A stretch of 64,000 nucleotides of DNA. Origin: an uncultured Anaeroplasmatales bacterium. GTDB taxonomy: Bacteria; Bacillota_I; Bacilli_A; Acholeplasmatales; JAEDCM01. The position numbers and the translations under genes were made by a program. Location of the stretch: positions 12,430-76,429 of the forward strand of contig CAZWLD010000004.1 of the NCBI GenBank assembly GCA_964634685.1. Reading direction: 5' to 3'. The notes under the pieces were generated by a model, which made no database searches, had not been told where the DNA came from, and saw only the letters and a program-made list of their open reading frames with translations. This document shows, in pieces, positions 39,227-48,510 of the stretch. The stretch's first letter is position 1, and each line of letters begins with the position of its first letter.

Positions 39227-40412
39227 ACATCTAATTAGAAATGTATTTTGTAATACATCATCATATTTATTATTGCTAATATCAATAACCGTTTTTTCTT
39301 CTTTATTCTTTTTTTATACCTCAACAAAAGCGGTTAAAGAGATAAAGGAAGAAAAACCAGAAATGTATCTAGCAAGCAATTATGTTTATTCTAAAGGATA
39401 TTCTGATTTAGATTATCCATATATTAAGGAAAGAATTGATGCAAAGCTTATTAGACATGTTCCCTTAAATCAAACATTTTATTTCAATGATTTGATTAGT
39501 GATAAAATCTCATCTGTTGTAATATATGTATCAAAAGATACCTCAAAATCAATAAATAGTGAATCTGATAATAAAAGGGTTACATTTTTAATAGGCTCTG
39601 AACCTAAGTCTTCAAATGAAGTTGTTGTAGGCGAAGAATTATTATCATGTTATAATCTTAATTATAAAAATGCAATTGGCAGTAAAATATCTTATAAATA
39701 TACAAATAATAGTGGAAGTATCATTGAATTCAAGGGTTTAACAATTTGTGGAATAATTAGTTCAGATATAAACAAATTATCTGGAATGAGTAATAAAAAA
39801 TCAAATTTATTTTGGTTATATGATGATTTAAATATTTTTGTGGATAGAAAACCAATCGAAGATACAATTTTTGATAGTGATGTTTTGATAGATGAAAGAA
39901 CATACTATTTTATGAAGGATTTTGCACATTTAGATGTGATGGTAGAAAATGGAAAGAGTAGAGGCTATGAAATGGTTTCTTCCGACCTTGATATTTTAAC
40001 AGTACTAGGGCTTATTTCTAGTAATGCTGTCGATAAAGCAATTACAATTGTTTGGGTTATCTTTGGGCCAATATTTATTTTTGTGGCCGGTGTAATGATT
40101 GTCTTTATATTAGAGCGCTTTTTAAATGAAAGATTGAGAGAAATAAAGATAATGAAATATTTAGGATTGGGCAAATTTTCTTTTGCAGTAATATTTGTTA
40201 TAGAATTATTTGTTTTGTTTTCGATTTCGGTCTTGGCTTCATATTTTATTGCTAATGCGCTATATTCTGCATTTTCTCATATGTTAAGCGAAAAATACAT
40301 GTGTGAACTTAGATATGATATTAATAAGGGTATTTGGCTTCTATTGATATTTTCGCTAATAGCTTTCTTAGTTGAAGTAGTTTTATTATATAGAAAGAAG
40401 AGGAATATTTAA
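39213..40412 (+). CDS. FtsX/MacB-type ABC permease (second subunit)
   Basis: Same topology: TM1, a loop of about 230 aa, then three TM helices. It overlaps the previous gene. Confidence 0.7.
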   Translation: MWKIKHLIRNVFCNTSSYLLLLISITVFSSLFFFYTSTKAVKEIKEEKPEMYLASNYVYSKGYSDLDYPYIKERIDAKLIRHVPLNQTFYFNDLISDKISSVVIYVSKDTSKSINSESDNKRVTFLIGSEPKSSNEVVVGEELLSCYNLNYKNAIGSKISYKYTNNSGSIIEFKGLTICGIISSDINKLSGMSNKKSNLFWLYDDLNIFVDRKPIEDTIFDSDVLIDERTYYFMKDFAHLDVMVENGKSRGYEMVSSDLDILTVLGLISSNAVDKAITIVWVIFGPIFIFVAGVMIVFILERFLNERLREIKIMKYLGLGKFSFAVIFVIELFVLFSISVLASYFIANALYSAFSHMLSEKYMCELRYDINKGIWLLLIFSLIAFLVEVVLLYRKKRNI

Positions 40413-40567
40413 TGAAAAAAATGATTTCTTATTTAAAGTTTAGTTTAATTTCGTCACGGTTATTATGAACTAGCTGAAAAAAGTGCTGTTTCCGAAGAAC
40501 AACTTCTTGTAAATCTCCTTCTATGTCGAGAACAAAACTGGATGCCTCAATTTTTTTACAAAAGTAC

Positions 40568-40596
40568 TTGCATGAATAAATGAATTGCTTTATAAT
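40568..40596 (+). promoter_or_regulatory. sigma-A type promoter of cysK
   Basis: TTGCAT, 17 nt, then TATAAT. Confidence 0.5.
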
Positions 40597-40636
40597 GCTT
40601 AGTAAAATAGTAGGAATTAGAAAAGAGGAAAAGAAA

Positions 40637-41554
40637 ATGTTATTTAAATCAATTTTCGAATTAGTTGGTAATACACCATTAGTTCAAATTAACAAATTAA
40701 ATGATACATCAGCAAATATTTATGCTAAGGTTGAATATTTTAATCCAACCGGTTCAGTTAAGGATCGTATTGCCAAAGCAATGATATTAGATGCGGAGGA
40801 AAAAGGATTATTGAATAAGGATTCAATTATTGTTGAGCCGACTAGCGGCAATACCGGAATTGGATTATCCGCGATGGCAACGGCTCGTGGCTACAAAGCC
40901 ATCATTGTTATGCCGGATACGATGTCGGTTGAAAGAAGAAATTTAATGAAGGCTTATGGCGCAACTGTTGTTTTATCTGAAGGTGCAAAGGGAATGAAGG
41001 GCGCAATTGAAAAGGCTAATGAAATCAAGGCCGCAAATCCTAATGTTTTTATTCCAGGTCAATTTGATAATCCAAGTAATCCAGAAGCTCATTATCTTAC
41101 AACAGGTCCTGAAATATATCGTGATTTAGATGGTAAGGTTGACGTTTTAGTTGGTGGTATTGGAACAGGTGGAACGATAACTGGTGCTGGTAAATATTTA
41201 AAAGAACAAAATCCGAACATTAAGGTAATTGGCGTTGAACCGTCTTCATCTCCAGTCTTATCAAAAGGATATTCCGGACCTCATAAAATTCAAGGAATTG
41301 GGGCTGGCTTTGTGCCAAATACCTTAGATCGTGATATTTTAGACGAAGTGATTACGATTGAAAACGACGACGCTTTTGCGACGGGTCGTCTTTTATCAAA
41401 AGAGGAAGGTATTTTAGTTGGTATTTCAGCCGGAGCTGCGATGAAGGCGGCGTTGATGGTTGCGAATAGAGAAGAAAACAAAGGAAAAAATATTGTCGTA
41501 ATTTTGCCAGACGGTGGAGATCGATATATGTCAACTCCTTTATTTACGGAGTAA
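40637..41554 (+). CDS. cysK: cysteine synthase A (O-acetylserine sulfhydrylase)
   Basis: PLP lysine motif SVKDR, GTGGT loop and full-length CysK pattern. ATG 40637 follows AGAGGAAAAG. Confidence 0.93.
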   Translation: MLFKSIFELVGNTPLVQINKLNDTSANIYAKVEYFNPTGSVKDRIAKAMILDAEEKGLLNKDSIIVEPTSGNTGIGLSAMATARGYKAIIVMPDTMSVERRNLMKAYGATVVLSEGAKGMKGAIEKANEIKAANPNVFIPGQFDNPSNPEAHYLTTGPEIYRDLDGKVDVLVGGIGTGGTITGAGKYLKEQNPNIKVIGVEPSSSPVLSKGYSGPHKIQGIGAGFVPNTLDRDILDEVITIENDDAFATGRLLSKEEGILVGISAGAAMKAALMVANREENKGKNIVVILPDGGDRYMSTPLFTE

Positions 41555-41558
41555 AGCT

Positions 41559-41714
41559 ATGATTTCGACAAAAGGTAGATATGCCCTTCGGGCAATGATT
41601 GATATTGCCTGTAATGAAAAAAATGGATTTGTTTCATTAAAAGATATATCAAAAAGGCAAGAGATTCCAATAAATGTAAAACAGTTTCCCTTTGGAGAGA
41701 ATATTATCAGGTGA
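41559..41714 (+). pseudogene. truncated Rrf2/CymR-family regulator (only about 51 N-terminal codons remain)
   Basis: MISTKGRYALRAMIDIA...VSLKDIS.RQ is the canonical Rrf2 wHTH N-terminus. Similarity is lost and a stop occurs where about 90 more residues are expected. Confidence 0.6.
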
Positions 41715-41890
41715 CAAAACAATTTTTTTCAAGTAAACATTACCAGATTTAATGTATTTTTCCAAAGAAGAAATGTAATAATTAATGATTGTAGCTGATT
41801 AAAGATTGTTTACTTGGTCTAGATTAGTTTTTTAATTGTCATAGGTGATTACTCTTTGGTGAAAATATCTTTTGTATTATGGTCAATCCA

Positions 41891-41919
41891 TTGACAAATG
41901 GTCGGCATGCCGATATAAT
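41891..41919 (+). promoter_or_regulatory. consensus promoter (TTGACA-17-TATAAT) with a perfect 12-bp palindrome TCGGCATGCCGA filling the spacer
   Basis: TTGACA 41891..41896, palindrome 41902..41913 and TATAAT 41914..41919. Confidence 0.6.
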
Positions 41920-41939
41920 GAAATTAAGGAGTGATTTTT

Positions 41940-42401
41940 ATGAACCTACAAGAATATTTAGATTCTAGAAAAATTACCAAATATCATTTGTCCCAAATCA
42001 GTGGTGTTCCCAAAACGACTATAATAGATATTTGTTCCGGAAAAAGCTCTTTACAAAAATGCTCTGCCCATACGGTCCAACAAATTGCAAAAGCTCTTGA
42101 TTGCACGATGGAATTTATTATGACATTAGATTCACCGAAAACGGAGTACGATAATGAAACTGGACTTCCCAAAAGTAAAGAGTTTCTTGAATGTGATCTT
42201 CCACCTTATCTACAAGCTTCATTAGAAAATATGATTGCTTCTTGGAAGATTATAGATAGTGGCGAAACGGATCTTCATTGGGACTTAGCCTGGTGTGAGT
42301 TGAATGCGGATATTAATTCTGCAGAAGTCGAACAAGAAATATCGAGTGAACAAGCTTGGTACTTGCGTGAAAAATATTTAAGGCTGGAAAAAGATGATTA
42401 A
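41940..42401 (+). CDS. XRE-family HTH protein with an uncharacterised C-terminal domain
   Basis: N-terminal HTH (ITKYHLSQISGVPKTTIIDICSGK). AAGGAG lies 8 nt before ATG 41940. Confidence 0.75.
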   Translation: MNLQEYLDSRKITKYHLSQISGVPKTTIIDICSGKSSLQKCSAHTVQQIAKALDCTMEFIMTLDSPKTEYDNETGLPKSKEFLECDLPPYLQASLENMIASWKIIDSGETDLHWDLAWCELNADINSAEVEQEISSEQAWYLREKYLRLEKDD

Positions 42402-42446
42402 TCTGTGATTATTTTTGCTATTCTTTTTGTGAATTTTTAATCAATA

Positions 42447-42472
42447 GGCTGATGATTTCATCGGCTTTTTTT
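42447..42472 (+). terminator. rho-independent terminator
   Basis: GCTGAT / ATCGGC stem (one G-U pair) followed by T7. Confidence 0.55.
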
Positions 42473-42644
42473 ATATTTTGCTGATGGTATTTTTATTTAT
42501 AATATTCATAATATATAGAAAAAAGAAGAATATTTAATAATCGTTTCCGGAAAATCACGAAAACTGAAATCGTATATATATTTACTTTTTATTAAAAATG
42601 ATATAAAATACTAACGGTATAAACAATTAAAGGAGAGATATATA

Positions 42645-44303
42645 ATGAAGCTATCACCACTTCAAAAAGCAAGATACCAATACAATCCTAAATTACCTGG
42701 AATGTTGAGAAATGGTATTGCTAGTATTTGTGTTAAGGAAGGAAATGAAACAGAGAGCGTTGCTGATCAAGAAAAAATCAAAGCTTTATTCCCTAATACA
42801 TATGGTAAAAAAGAAATTACATTTGAAAAAGGCATAAACACTTCAGTTGCAAAAAAACAAGTAGTAGGTGTTATTTTGTCAGGTGGTCAAGCCCCAGGAG
42901 GACACAATGTTGTTTGTGGACTTTACGATGCTTTAAAAGCCACTAATAAAGATAATGTTTTATTTGGATTTAAAAATGGTCCTGCTGGATTATTAGAAGA
43001 CAATTATTTAGTATTTGATGATGAATACATCGATCAATATCGTAATACTGGTGGATTTGATATTATCGGTTCTGGTCGTACAAAGCTTGAAACAAAGGAG
43101 CAATTTGCGGTTGCGGCTGAGGTTTGTAAAAAACATGGAATTACAGCTATCGTCATCATTGGTGGCGATGATTCCAACACTAATGCCGCTGTTTTAGCTG
43201 AATATTTTGCAGCTAACAACACAGGCGTTCAAGTTATTGGTTGTCCAAAAACAATTGATGGTGACTTAAAGAACGATGACATTGAATGCTCATTTGGTTT
43301 TGATACAGCTACTAAAACATATAGTGAAGTTATTGGAAATATTGAAAGAGATGCTAACTCAGCTAAAAAATATTGGCATTTTGTTAAGGTAATGGGACGT
43401 TCTGCATCACATGTTGCCTTAGAATGTGCATTACAAACTCAACCAAATATTTGCTTAATTTCCGAAGAGGTAGAGGCAAAGAAAATGTCTTTATCACAAA
43501 TCGCTGATTATATTGCGGATTCAGTCGAAAAAAGAGCAGCTAATGGAATGAATTTCGGTGTTGCGATTATTCCTGAGGGTGTTGTTGAATTTGTTCCTGA
43601 GTTCAAGGTATTAATTCAAGAAATCAATGAATTATTAGCTGGAGCTAAAGCCGAAGCCTTCAATGCTTTACCAACATGGGCTGAAAAATATGCCTTTATT
43701 GAAAAAGGATTAACTAAAGAATCAATGGCTGTTTTTGCGATTTTACCACAAACAATCCAACAACAATTATTCTTAGAAAGAGATCCTCACGGAAATGTTC
43801 AAGTTTCTTTAATTGAATCAGAAAAGCTATTCTCAGCTTTAGTTAAGGATAAATTAGATCAAAGAAAGAAAAACGGAACATATAATGGTAAATTTAATGC
43901 CCTACATCATTTCTTTGGTTACGAAGGAAGATGTGCGTTCCCATCAAATTTTGATGCTGACTATTGCTATTCATTAGGATACAATGCCTTTATGTTAATT
44001 CAATACGGATATAATGGATATTTATCAAAGGTTTCTAATTTATCTAAGCCAGCTGAGGAATGGGTTGCCGGCGGAATGCCAATCACAAAGATGATGAATA
44101 TGGAGCGTCGTCATGGTGAGGATAAACCAGTTATTCGTAAGGCTTTAGTTGATTTAAATGGTAAGCCATTCAAATTCTTTGAGGCTAATCGTGATACTTG
44201 GGCTGTCGAAACAGCATATACATATCCAGGCGCAATCCAATATTATGGACCATCTGAGGTTTGTGATTTAACTACTAGAACCTTAGCATTAGAAAAAGAA
44301 TAA
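42645..44303 (+). CDS. pfp: diphosphate--fructose-6-phosphate 1-phosphotransferase (long-form PPi-PFK)
   Basis: PFK motifs [16 protein letters not shown] and MGR in a 552-aa long-form architecture. Confidence 0.9.
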   Translation: MKLSPLQKARYQYNPKLPGMLRNGIASICVKEGNETESVADQEKIKALFPNTYGKKEITFEKGINTSVAKKQVVGVILSGGQAPGGHNVVCGLYDALKATNKDNVLFGFKNGPAGLLEDNYLVFDDEYIDQYRNTGGFDIIGSGRTKLETKEQFAVAAEVCKKHGITAIVIIGGDDSNTNAAVLAEYFAANNTGVQVIGCPKTIDGDLKNDDIECSFGFDTATKTYSEVIGNIERDANSAKKYWHFVKVMGRSASHVALECALQTQPNICLISEEVEAKKMSLSQIADYIADSVEKRAANGMNFGVAIIPEGVVEFVPEFKVLIQEINELLAGAKAEAFNALPTWAEKYAFIEKGLTKESMAVFAILPQTIQQQLFLERDPHGNVQVSLIESEKLFSALVKDKLDQRKKNGTYNGKFNALHHFFGYEGRCAFPSNFDADYCYSLGYNAFMLIQYGYNGYLSKVSNLSKPAEEWVAGGMPITKMMNMERRHGEDKPVIRKALVDLNGKPFKFFEANRDTWAVETAYTYPGAIQYYGPSEVCDLTTRTLALEKE

Positions 44304-44318
44304 GCTAATCTAATGTTT

Positions 44319-44347
44319 AAAAAAGGCTTCAATGAAGCCTTTTTTTT
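44319..44347 (+). terminator. rho-independent terminator
   Basis: AGGCTTC-AAT-GAAGCCT followed by T8. Confidence 0.85.
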
Positions 44348-44415
44348 ACAATTAATTAACAAATATTAAATGCGTTTTTTTTATTGCTTTGGATATTTGT
44401 ATTATGGATGTAGTT

Positions 44416-44650
44416 ATGGAGTATTTATTAATGATTGTTGGCTTATTATTAGGTGGCATTTTTATTCCTCGACAATTTAAACAACAGATTTAAAGGTTGT
44501 TTCTGATGATTTAAATTCTGGAACCTTTAATGCTCTTAAGCATTGTGGAATTAAAATCGGAATTATCTGTTTTACTTTAGTTTTTTTGAAGGGCTTTGTT
44601 CCGGTATTTTTCGCATCTCTTTTTTTAAAGCCTGATAATATTTGTTTTTC
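44416..44650 (+). pseudogene. degraded plsY-like (glycerol-3-phosphate acyltransferase) remnant
   Basis: MEYLLMIVGLLLGG... stops after 25 codons. In a shifted frame, ...DDLNSGTFNALKHCGIKIGIICFTLVFLKGFVPVFFA parallels the PlsY GSGNxGATN...KG..PV region, but it is degenerate and ends early. Confidence 0.4.
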
Positions 44651-44727
44651 TTTGATGAGAATATCAAATAACCATTTATTAGAAAAGAAAGGATTAGAAT
44701 ATCGAACCTCTAATCTTTTTTTGTTTG

Positions 44728-44756
44728 TTGAAAAGAGAAAAAAAATAAGATATAAT
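44728..44756 (+). promoter_or_regulatory. candidate promoter of the sensor operon
   Basis: TTGAAA, 17 nt, then TATAAT, located 27 nt upstream of ATG 44783. Confidence 0.4.
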
Positions 44757-44782
44757 TGAGACAAGAGATGGGAGGGACAAAT

Positions 44783-46438
44783 ATGCGAAATGAAGTCAAA
44801 AAAAATATAGTATATATTGGCTGCTTTGTTGTTTTTTTGATAGCTGGTTTTTTTCAAGGTATTGATACTTATTTGCCCTATCCATATGATAGCTTTTTAA
44901 AAGTATCATCAAACCTTTTGTTTTTTTCGCTTTTAATTATTTGGACTCTTTCAATTAAAAATAGAATCATTCAAAAATCAACGAGAATGTCTCTTTTATT
45001 CATTGCCTGCTGTTTATTTTTTTGGATGATTCTTCGCTTTTATAAATATTACCTTTATTTAGGGGGACCTTTAATAGAGCGAATAATATGGTACCTATAC
45101 TATTTCCCTCAGCTTTTCGTTCCTCCAACGATGATTCTAGTTTCTTTGGGAATTGAAAGGAAAAATAATCAACCCTTAAAAAAATATTGGTATTTGCTTT
45201 ACCTTCCTGCCTTTGTTTTGTTTTCCTTTATCATCACCAATGAATTCCATCAATTAGCTTTTTCGATCTATCCAAAGACAGAATATACTTATTCATATAA
45301 GCATGAAATCATTTATTATTTAGCAATTGTTTGGATTTGCCTTACTATACTTTTAAGTATCATTGTTTTTACTGTTAAATCTTCCTTATCAACCGCAAGA
45401 AAAAAGGCTTGGATTCCAGTTTTTACAATCGTTTTTGCCTTTGTGTTCATCTTTATTAATTTTCAAATCGGCCATTTTTTTTATAATGATCCAGAATTGA
45501 TATCTTTCTTCTGTATTTTAATTATTGAAAGCTGTATCTACATTGGCTTGATTCCATCAAATGATAATTATGCTAATTATTTTAGGATTTCTAAAGCCTC
45601 AGCTATGATTGCGGATAATGATAATGAGATTGTCTATTTATCAAATAATTCGATTGATATTTCGAAAGAACAAATGGCCTCCGCAATTATCGATCCTCTT
45701 TATCTTGATGAAAATACGATATTATCCTCAAATAGAATTAATGGTGGTAATGTTTTTTATGTTGAGGATATCACAGAAATTAATGAATTAAATTCAGAAA
45801 TGAAACGAATTAATGAAAAGCTTGAGATGGAGAATTCATTAATCAAGGATGCTAATAAATTAAAAGAAAAAGAATTGCGAATTAATGAGCAAAATAAAAT
45901 ATATGATTCGGTTTCGGAATCAATCCATAACGAATTAAATATCGTTAATGATATTCTTAAGCAAACCTCGGCCCATAATGATGATTTTGAAATGAGAATA
46001 CGTTTGTCTTGCCTTTATATAGCATACATTAAAAGACTCAGTAATTTGATTGTTTCTAATTATGATAATGATTTGGTTAATTCAAAGGAATTAGAATATG
46101 CTTTAAAGGAGTCAGTTGATTATTTATCATTATGTGGCGTTGATTGTTCATTGTTAGCCTTTTGTGAGGATTTGGTTCCTATCCGAGTTATTAAAATGCT
46201 ATATTTGTTTTTCCAAACCTGTATTATTAAAGCTCTCCCTTCCTTATGCGCTATTATTGTAAGCTTGACAATTAATAAAAAAATCGTTTTTCGAATAACA
46301 TGTGATAATGCTAAAGCTTCTATAGATTCCTCGTTTTGTCAAGATGAGTTAGATAAGCTTGGTGGAAGTATTACGATTGAACAGCAGGATGATACGACAT
46401 ATTCAACCTTGTCTTTTGATTTGGGTGGTGATAAATGA
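44783..46438 (+). CDS. 8-TM sensor protein with a degenerate histidine-kinase C-terminus (probable pseudokinase)
   Basis: RBS GGGAGGG. About eight hydrophobic helices, a coiled-coil and a DHp-like SIHNELN motif. The CA-like tail (LGGSITIEQQDDTTYSTLSF) lacks recognisable N and G1/G2 boxes. Confidence 0.7.
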   Translation: MRNEVKKNIVYIGCFVVFLIAGFFQGIDTYLPYPYDSFLKVSSNLLFFSLLIIWTLSIKNRIIQKSTRMSLLFIACCLFFWMILRFYKYYLYLGGPLIERIIWYLYYFPQLFVPPTMILVSLGIERKNNQPLKKYWYLLYLPAFVLFSFIITNEFHQLAFSIYPKTEYTYSYKHEIIYYLAIVWICLTILLSIIVFTVKSSLSTARKKAWIPVFTIVFAFVFIFINFQIGHFFYNDPELISFFCILIIESCIYIGLIPSNDNYANYFRISKASAMIADNDNEIVYLSNNSIDISKEQMASAIIDPLYLDENTILSSNRINGGNVFYVEDITEINELNSEMKRINEKLEMENSLIKDANKLKEKELRINEQNKIYDSVSESIHNELNIVNDILKQTSAHNDDFEMRIRLSCLYIAYIKRLSNLIVSNYDNDLVNSKELEYALKESVDYLSLCGVDCSLLAFCEDLVPIRVIKMLYLFFQTCIIKALPSLCAIIVSLTINKKIVFRITCDNAKASIDSSFCQDELDKLGGSITIEQQDDTTYSTLSFDLGGDK

Positions 46439-47721
46439 TGAAGTTTTACGAGACGCCAATTGTTCTTCAGGAATACATATTAATTTTTTATACTATCTCC
46501 GCTTTATTAATGGTTATTAACTTAATCAATCAGGTTATATTAAAGTGGAATCTAAAAACGATTGCTTTGTTTGTTGTTTTAATCGTAAATGATGCTTTTT
46601 TGACAATGCTTTTGATTGATGGAATGTATTATTATAATTATGGTTATGATGTAGATTTGATCTTGATGAAGGTCATTAGCACTCCATTATGGCTTATTAT
46701 CATTCTTTTAGTGCTTTATTTAGCCTGCGGAATTGCTTGTAGCTATTTTCTTCATCGCTTTCGCAAACGTAAACTATCGCCGATGTCGATTAAAGAAAGT
46801 ATTGATCATTTGCCGGTTGGTATTTGTATTTATTCTAATGAGGGTAAACCTCGATTAATCAATAGCATAATTAATGAGCTATGCTTACAAACTACCGGTA
46901 GGGCGTTATTAAATGCGAATACCTTCTGGAGTCTTTTAGAGGAAGGTAAGGTTTTAGAAGGCTGTCTTGTTATAAAGGATGGAATTAATCCGATTATTCG
47001 TTTTACAAATGATAAAACATATTCCTTTTCAAGGTATGAGCACAATATTGATGGAATGATGTTCTATGAAATTGTGGCGGTTGATGTTACAATGGAATCA
47101 GAATTAAATTCGAAATTGAAAGAGAAGAATTATGAGCTTTCACAAATCAATACAAGCTTAAAAAAATATGGTGAAAATATATTGGAATACACTCACGAAA
47201 AAGAAAAACTAGCGACGAAAATTCGTATTCATGATGATATGGGAAAGCTTCTGTTATTTACGAAAAAGCAGCTATCTGAGCCTTTAAATGAAAATCAAAA
47301 AAATGATTTATTGAACACTTGGAAGGATACGCTTTTGGAATTTGGAAAAATAAAGGACGATACGGAAAAAACCTTTGATGAATTAAAAATAGCTGCCCAA
47401 TCCTTGGGAGTTGAAATCATTTTTAGTGGAATAAACCCTGATTATGATTTGGTTAGAAGAATTGTTATTAGCGCGGGAATTGAATGTATGACTAATACGG
47501 TCGCCCACGGTGAAGGCAATAAATTATTCATTGATATACAAAAGGATGATAATTGGATTATTAGGTTGTGGAATAACGGAAAGAATCCAGATGGAGATAT
47601 TAAGGAAGGAACAGGGCTTTCCTCTTTACGAAATATTGTGGAAAGCGAAGGAGGAATTATGAATTTTCTGTATGAACCTCAGTTTACGTTAAAAATAATC
47701 CTTACAGGGGGGAAATTATGA
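46435..47721 (+). CDS. membrane histidine kinase, HisKA_3 type
   Basis: ATGA overlap with the upstream gene. H-box RIHDDMGKLL, N-box-like CMTNTVAHG, and G2 GTGLSSLRNIVESEGG. Confidence 0.8.
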   Translation: MMKFYETPIVLQEYILIFYTISALLMVINLINQVILKWNLKTIALFVVLIVNDAFLTMLLIDGMYYYNYGYDVDLILMKVISTPLWLIIILLVLYLACGIACSYFLHRFRKRKLSPMSIKESIDHLPVGICIYSNEGKPRLINSIINELCLQTTGRALLNANTFWSLLEEGKVLEGCLVIKDGINPIIRFTNDKTYSFSRYEHNIDGMMFYEIVAVDVTMESELNSKLKEKNYELSQINTSLKKYGENILEYTHEKEKLATKIRIHDDMGKLLLFTKKQLSEPLNENQKNDLLNTWKDTLLEFGKIKDDTEKTFDELKIAAQSLGVEIIFSGINPDYDLVRRIVISAGIECMTNTVAHGEGNKLFIDIQKDDNWIIRLWNNGKNPDGDIKEGTGLSSLRNIVESEGGIMNFLYEPQFTLKIILTGGKL

Positions 47722-48371
47722 AGGATGGAAAATACTTAGTAATGGTTGTGGAAGACCAGGAAATGCCACGTCAATTATTTGAACAATTCATTAAACAATC
47801 GGATTGCTTTTTGTTGGCAATTTCAATTGCCAATGCTGAATATGCGGAAATATATTGTATGAATAATGCAATTGATTTGATTTTAATGGATGTTTTTACA
47901 AAGGAAGGACAAAATGGTCTTCAAGCTGCCGAAAAAATCAAACGAAAATATCCACATATTAAAATAATCATCGTTACATCAATGCCTGAATGCTCCTACA
48001 TCGATCGAGCAAAGGCCATTGGGGTCGAGGGATTCTGGTATAAGGATACCAGCAAGGATACAATTCTTTCCTTGATGAATCGCGTAATAAAGGGTGAGAA
48101 TGTCTATCCCGAAATGTCACAACCCGTTATGATTGGTTTAGTAAATAGCACCGAATTCACGAAAAGAGAAATTGAAATTTTACGAGAAATGACGGGAGGC
48201 TATAGTAATCAGGAGATTGGGGAAAAGCTTGGTATATCGGTTAATGTTGTCAGAAATCACATTTCCAATATGCTTGAGAAAACTGGTTTTCGCTCACGAA
48301 CACAGCTAGCGGTAAAAGCAAGGTCCACGGGTTTGGTTATTTTAGATAAGTCCGAGGATGATATCGATTAG
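47718..48371 (+). CDS. NarL/LuxR-family response regulator
   Basis: Receiver domain (VVEDQ, LILMDV, IIIVTS, YK) plus a LuxR HTH (TKREIEILREMTGGYSNQEIGEKLGISVNVVRNHISNM). Confidence 0.9.
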   Translation: MKDGKYLVMVVEDQEMPRQLFEQFIKQSDCFLLAISIANAEYAEIYCMNNAIDLILMDVFTKEGQNGLQAAEKIKRKYPHIKIIIVTSMPECSYIDRAKAIGVEGFWYKDTSKDTILSLMNRVIKGENVYPEMSQPVMIGLVNSTEFTKREIEILREMTGGYSNQEIGEKLGISVNVVRNHISNMLEKTGFRSRTQLAVKARSTGLVILDKSEDDID

Positions 48372-48391
48372 GTTATACACTTGATATGGAG

Positions 48392-48416
48392 AGTCACATT
48401 TTTGTGACTTTTTTTG
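48392..48416 (+). terminator. rho-independent terminator after the regulator gene
   Basis: AGTCACA-TTTT-TGTGACT followed by T7. Confidence 0.85.
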
Positions 48417-48420
48417 TTAA

Positions 48421-48465
48421 GGGTTACAAATGTAACTACTCATCCTCATAAATTGATGATAGAAT
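48421..48465 (+). promoter_or_regulatory. operator-promoter copy A: GGGTTACAAATGTAACT palindrome plus an extended -10 TGATAGAAT
   Basis: GTTACA-AA-TGTAAC at 48423..48436 and TAGAAT at 48460..48465. The same 17-mer and the same spacing recur at 52436..52480. Confidence 0.6.
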
Positions 48466-48510
48466 ATGGCGATATCATAGATATAGAAATAATTAAGGAG
48501 GTATGTAGAT

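Noticed and set aside
44477-44857. 126-aa minus-strand ORF.
   Set aside because: It overlaps the plsY-like remnant, the sensor-operon promoter and the start of the sensor gene. It has no RBS and low-complexity content.
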